A stretch of 64,000 nucleotides of DNA, taken from assembly GCF_018977255.1 (NCBI RefSeq), contig NW_024704743.1:30258001-30322000 (forward strand), written 5' to 3'. Below the pieces are notes generated by a model. It was not told where the DNA came from, searched no databases, and saw only the letters and a program-made list of their open reading frames with translations. How positions within the stretch are numbered: position 1 is the stretch's first letter; each line of letters begins with the position of its first letter. This document shows, in pieces, positions 62,560 to 64,000 of the stretch. This stretch comes from Callorhinchus milii. Its lineage: Eukaryota. The position numbers and the translations under genes were made by a program.

Positions 62560-62920
62560 TAATAATAACAATAATAATCCTTGCATTTGATATGGCGCCG
62601 TTATCACGTCGTTTGAGACATCTCAAAGCACTTCACAGAACATATTGTAAAGTGAATTGACTATATATTTTGCAGGCAAAACGCAGCAGCCAATTGCGTA
62701 CAGCAGCGTCCAACAAATAGTCATGGATTGAGTGACCACATTTTTTTTGAAAGGATTATTAACCCCAGAAAGTGATCAACTAACAACCAGGTTCATGCTT
62801 ACTGCTAGGTAAACAGAGGTGTATGGAGTAAGGAAACTTGCCTAAGATTTCACCCTTCCCAGAAATCAAACCTGGTCCTCTTGCTTGCCAGATGAGTGCT
62901 CGCACCAATACGTGACAGAC
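62560..62920 (-). mobile_element. Young tRNA-derived SINE, long form, degraded head
   Basis: Reverse-complement tail and body, including actgctaggtaaacagaggtgtatggagtaaggaaacttgcc. Confidence 0.88.
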
Positions 62921-63374
62921 TTTAAAATATGCGGCAGGATTCGACTTTAGAATAAGTCAGATAACCTACACAGCAGATTGACTAACAATCCACAGACACG
63001 ACATGTCACCAGTTCTGGCTGAGTTTGACATCTAAAGCCCTTCTGCTTTGTGTTTTGATTCATGTCCATTTGCAGAAAGCTCTATTTTATATCCGATTTC
63101 CAAGCTTTGGAGTTTTTAAGTTAAAGAGTTAGGATCTGTTGTCCTCTGGAGGCACCTCAATTTCATTATTCATCACTCTGCTAATCACCTCATCATCTCA
63201 CTATCAGTGGACTAGACACAGAGGCGCACATTTGTACTATATCAGCTAGAATATAACATAGTTGGACCATCTATTTCCACTTTCAGTCCATATCATATTA
63301 CAACAAGAGCTGTAAGGAATTGTAGTACACAAATACATAGCGTGCGTATAGTTACAACTTATTATAATATTAAT

Positions 63375-63545
63375 ACTAATAATCCTTGCATTTGAAATAG
63401 TGCCTTATCACGTCTTCAAGACATCTCAAAGCGGTTCACAGAATATACTGTAAAGTGAATTGACTGCATATTTTGTGGGTGAAACTCGGCAGCCAATTGC
63501 GCACATCAGTGTCCCACAAATAGTCATGGATTGATTGACCAATGT
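63375..63545 (-). mobile_element. Young SINE 3' half
   Basis: aatccttgcatttgaaatagtgccttatcacgtc...gcagccaattgcgcac...gattgacc. Confidence 0.88.
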
Positions 63546-64000
63546 ATTTTTTTTATATACAAATATGCAGAAAATGAAGTAGGAAAATAACAATATGAAT
63601 ATATCTTCCTCTGGAAAAACAGTTCCTGCGTATCTAGTGTTGTCTCCTGTGGGGAACACAATTTACACATTGCAGGACAATTTGTGGTGAGGGATGTCAT
63701 TGACTCTCCAGTTTTCCCATTACATCCTCTATGAAACTCAATTTGTTTTTACGTTTAGTAAGTCAGGAGGACTCCTCAAAGTGCTTGACAGGATATATTG
63801 TAAAGTGGAGTGACGGTGAATTTTTATGGGTGAATGTGGCAGCCAATTTACACAAAATAGTGTCCAGTGTTACCAATGCCTGTAATAAACATCTACCACC
63901 ATTCACTCTGAAAATTTGCAGTCTTCGCTTTATTATTCTTTCATGAGACGCACCAGATCCACACCTGCTCTACTTCCAAAATGCATTTGGATGTTGTTAC

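Noticed and set aside
2358..63545. Recurring palindromic repeat (gagacgtc...gacgtg) as a CRISPR-like or novel array
   Set aside because: The copies are dispersed on both strands as SINE/L2 3' stem-loops, with no regular spacers and no cas genes; the DNA is vertebrate.

Overview
This is eukaryotic, essentially non-coding vertebrate DNA (intergenic or a very large intron). It is AT-rich, CpG-depleted and densely covered by retrotransposon relics. The repeat complement points to a cartilaginous fish, plausibly a holocephalan such as elephant shark; this is an inference from remembered repeat consensus sequences. It comprises a young tRNA-Ala-like SINE with a CORE-like body and (TTA)n tail, older Deu-domain SacSINE1-like SINEs, L2 LINEs with (GTT)n tails, CR1 3' ends and a Penelope-like terminal-repeat fragment. 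No intact protein-coding gene is visible. The only recognisable protein sequence is decayed L2 reverse transcriptase (best copy 58563-59860, minus strand, frameshifted) and decayed CR1 reverse transcriptase. Most ORFs in the track are chance ORFs or repeat read-throughs. The most interesting structures are: (i) a small hAT-like element with an 8-bp TSD that carries a perfect inverted copy of its own flank (55338-55616); (ii) a TSD-bounded Penelope-like fragment with a degenerate minimal hammerhead ribozyme (24105-24282); (iii) an 84-bp, 78/84-identical inverted repeat pair bracketing a candidate 56/111-nt exon (41030-43062); (iv) modular SINE/L2 tail exchange; and (v) an unnamed old dispersed repeat family. 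I do not see a convincing novel multi-gene system. Boundaries of old repeats are approximate and were aligned by eye.
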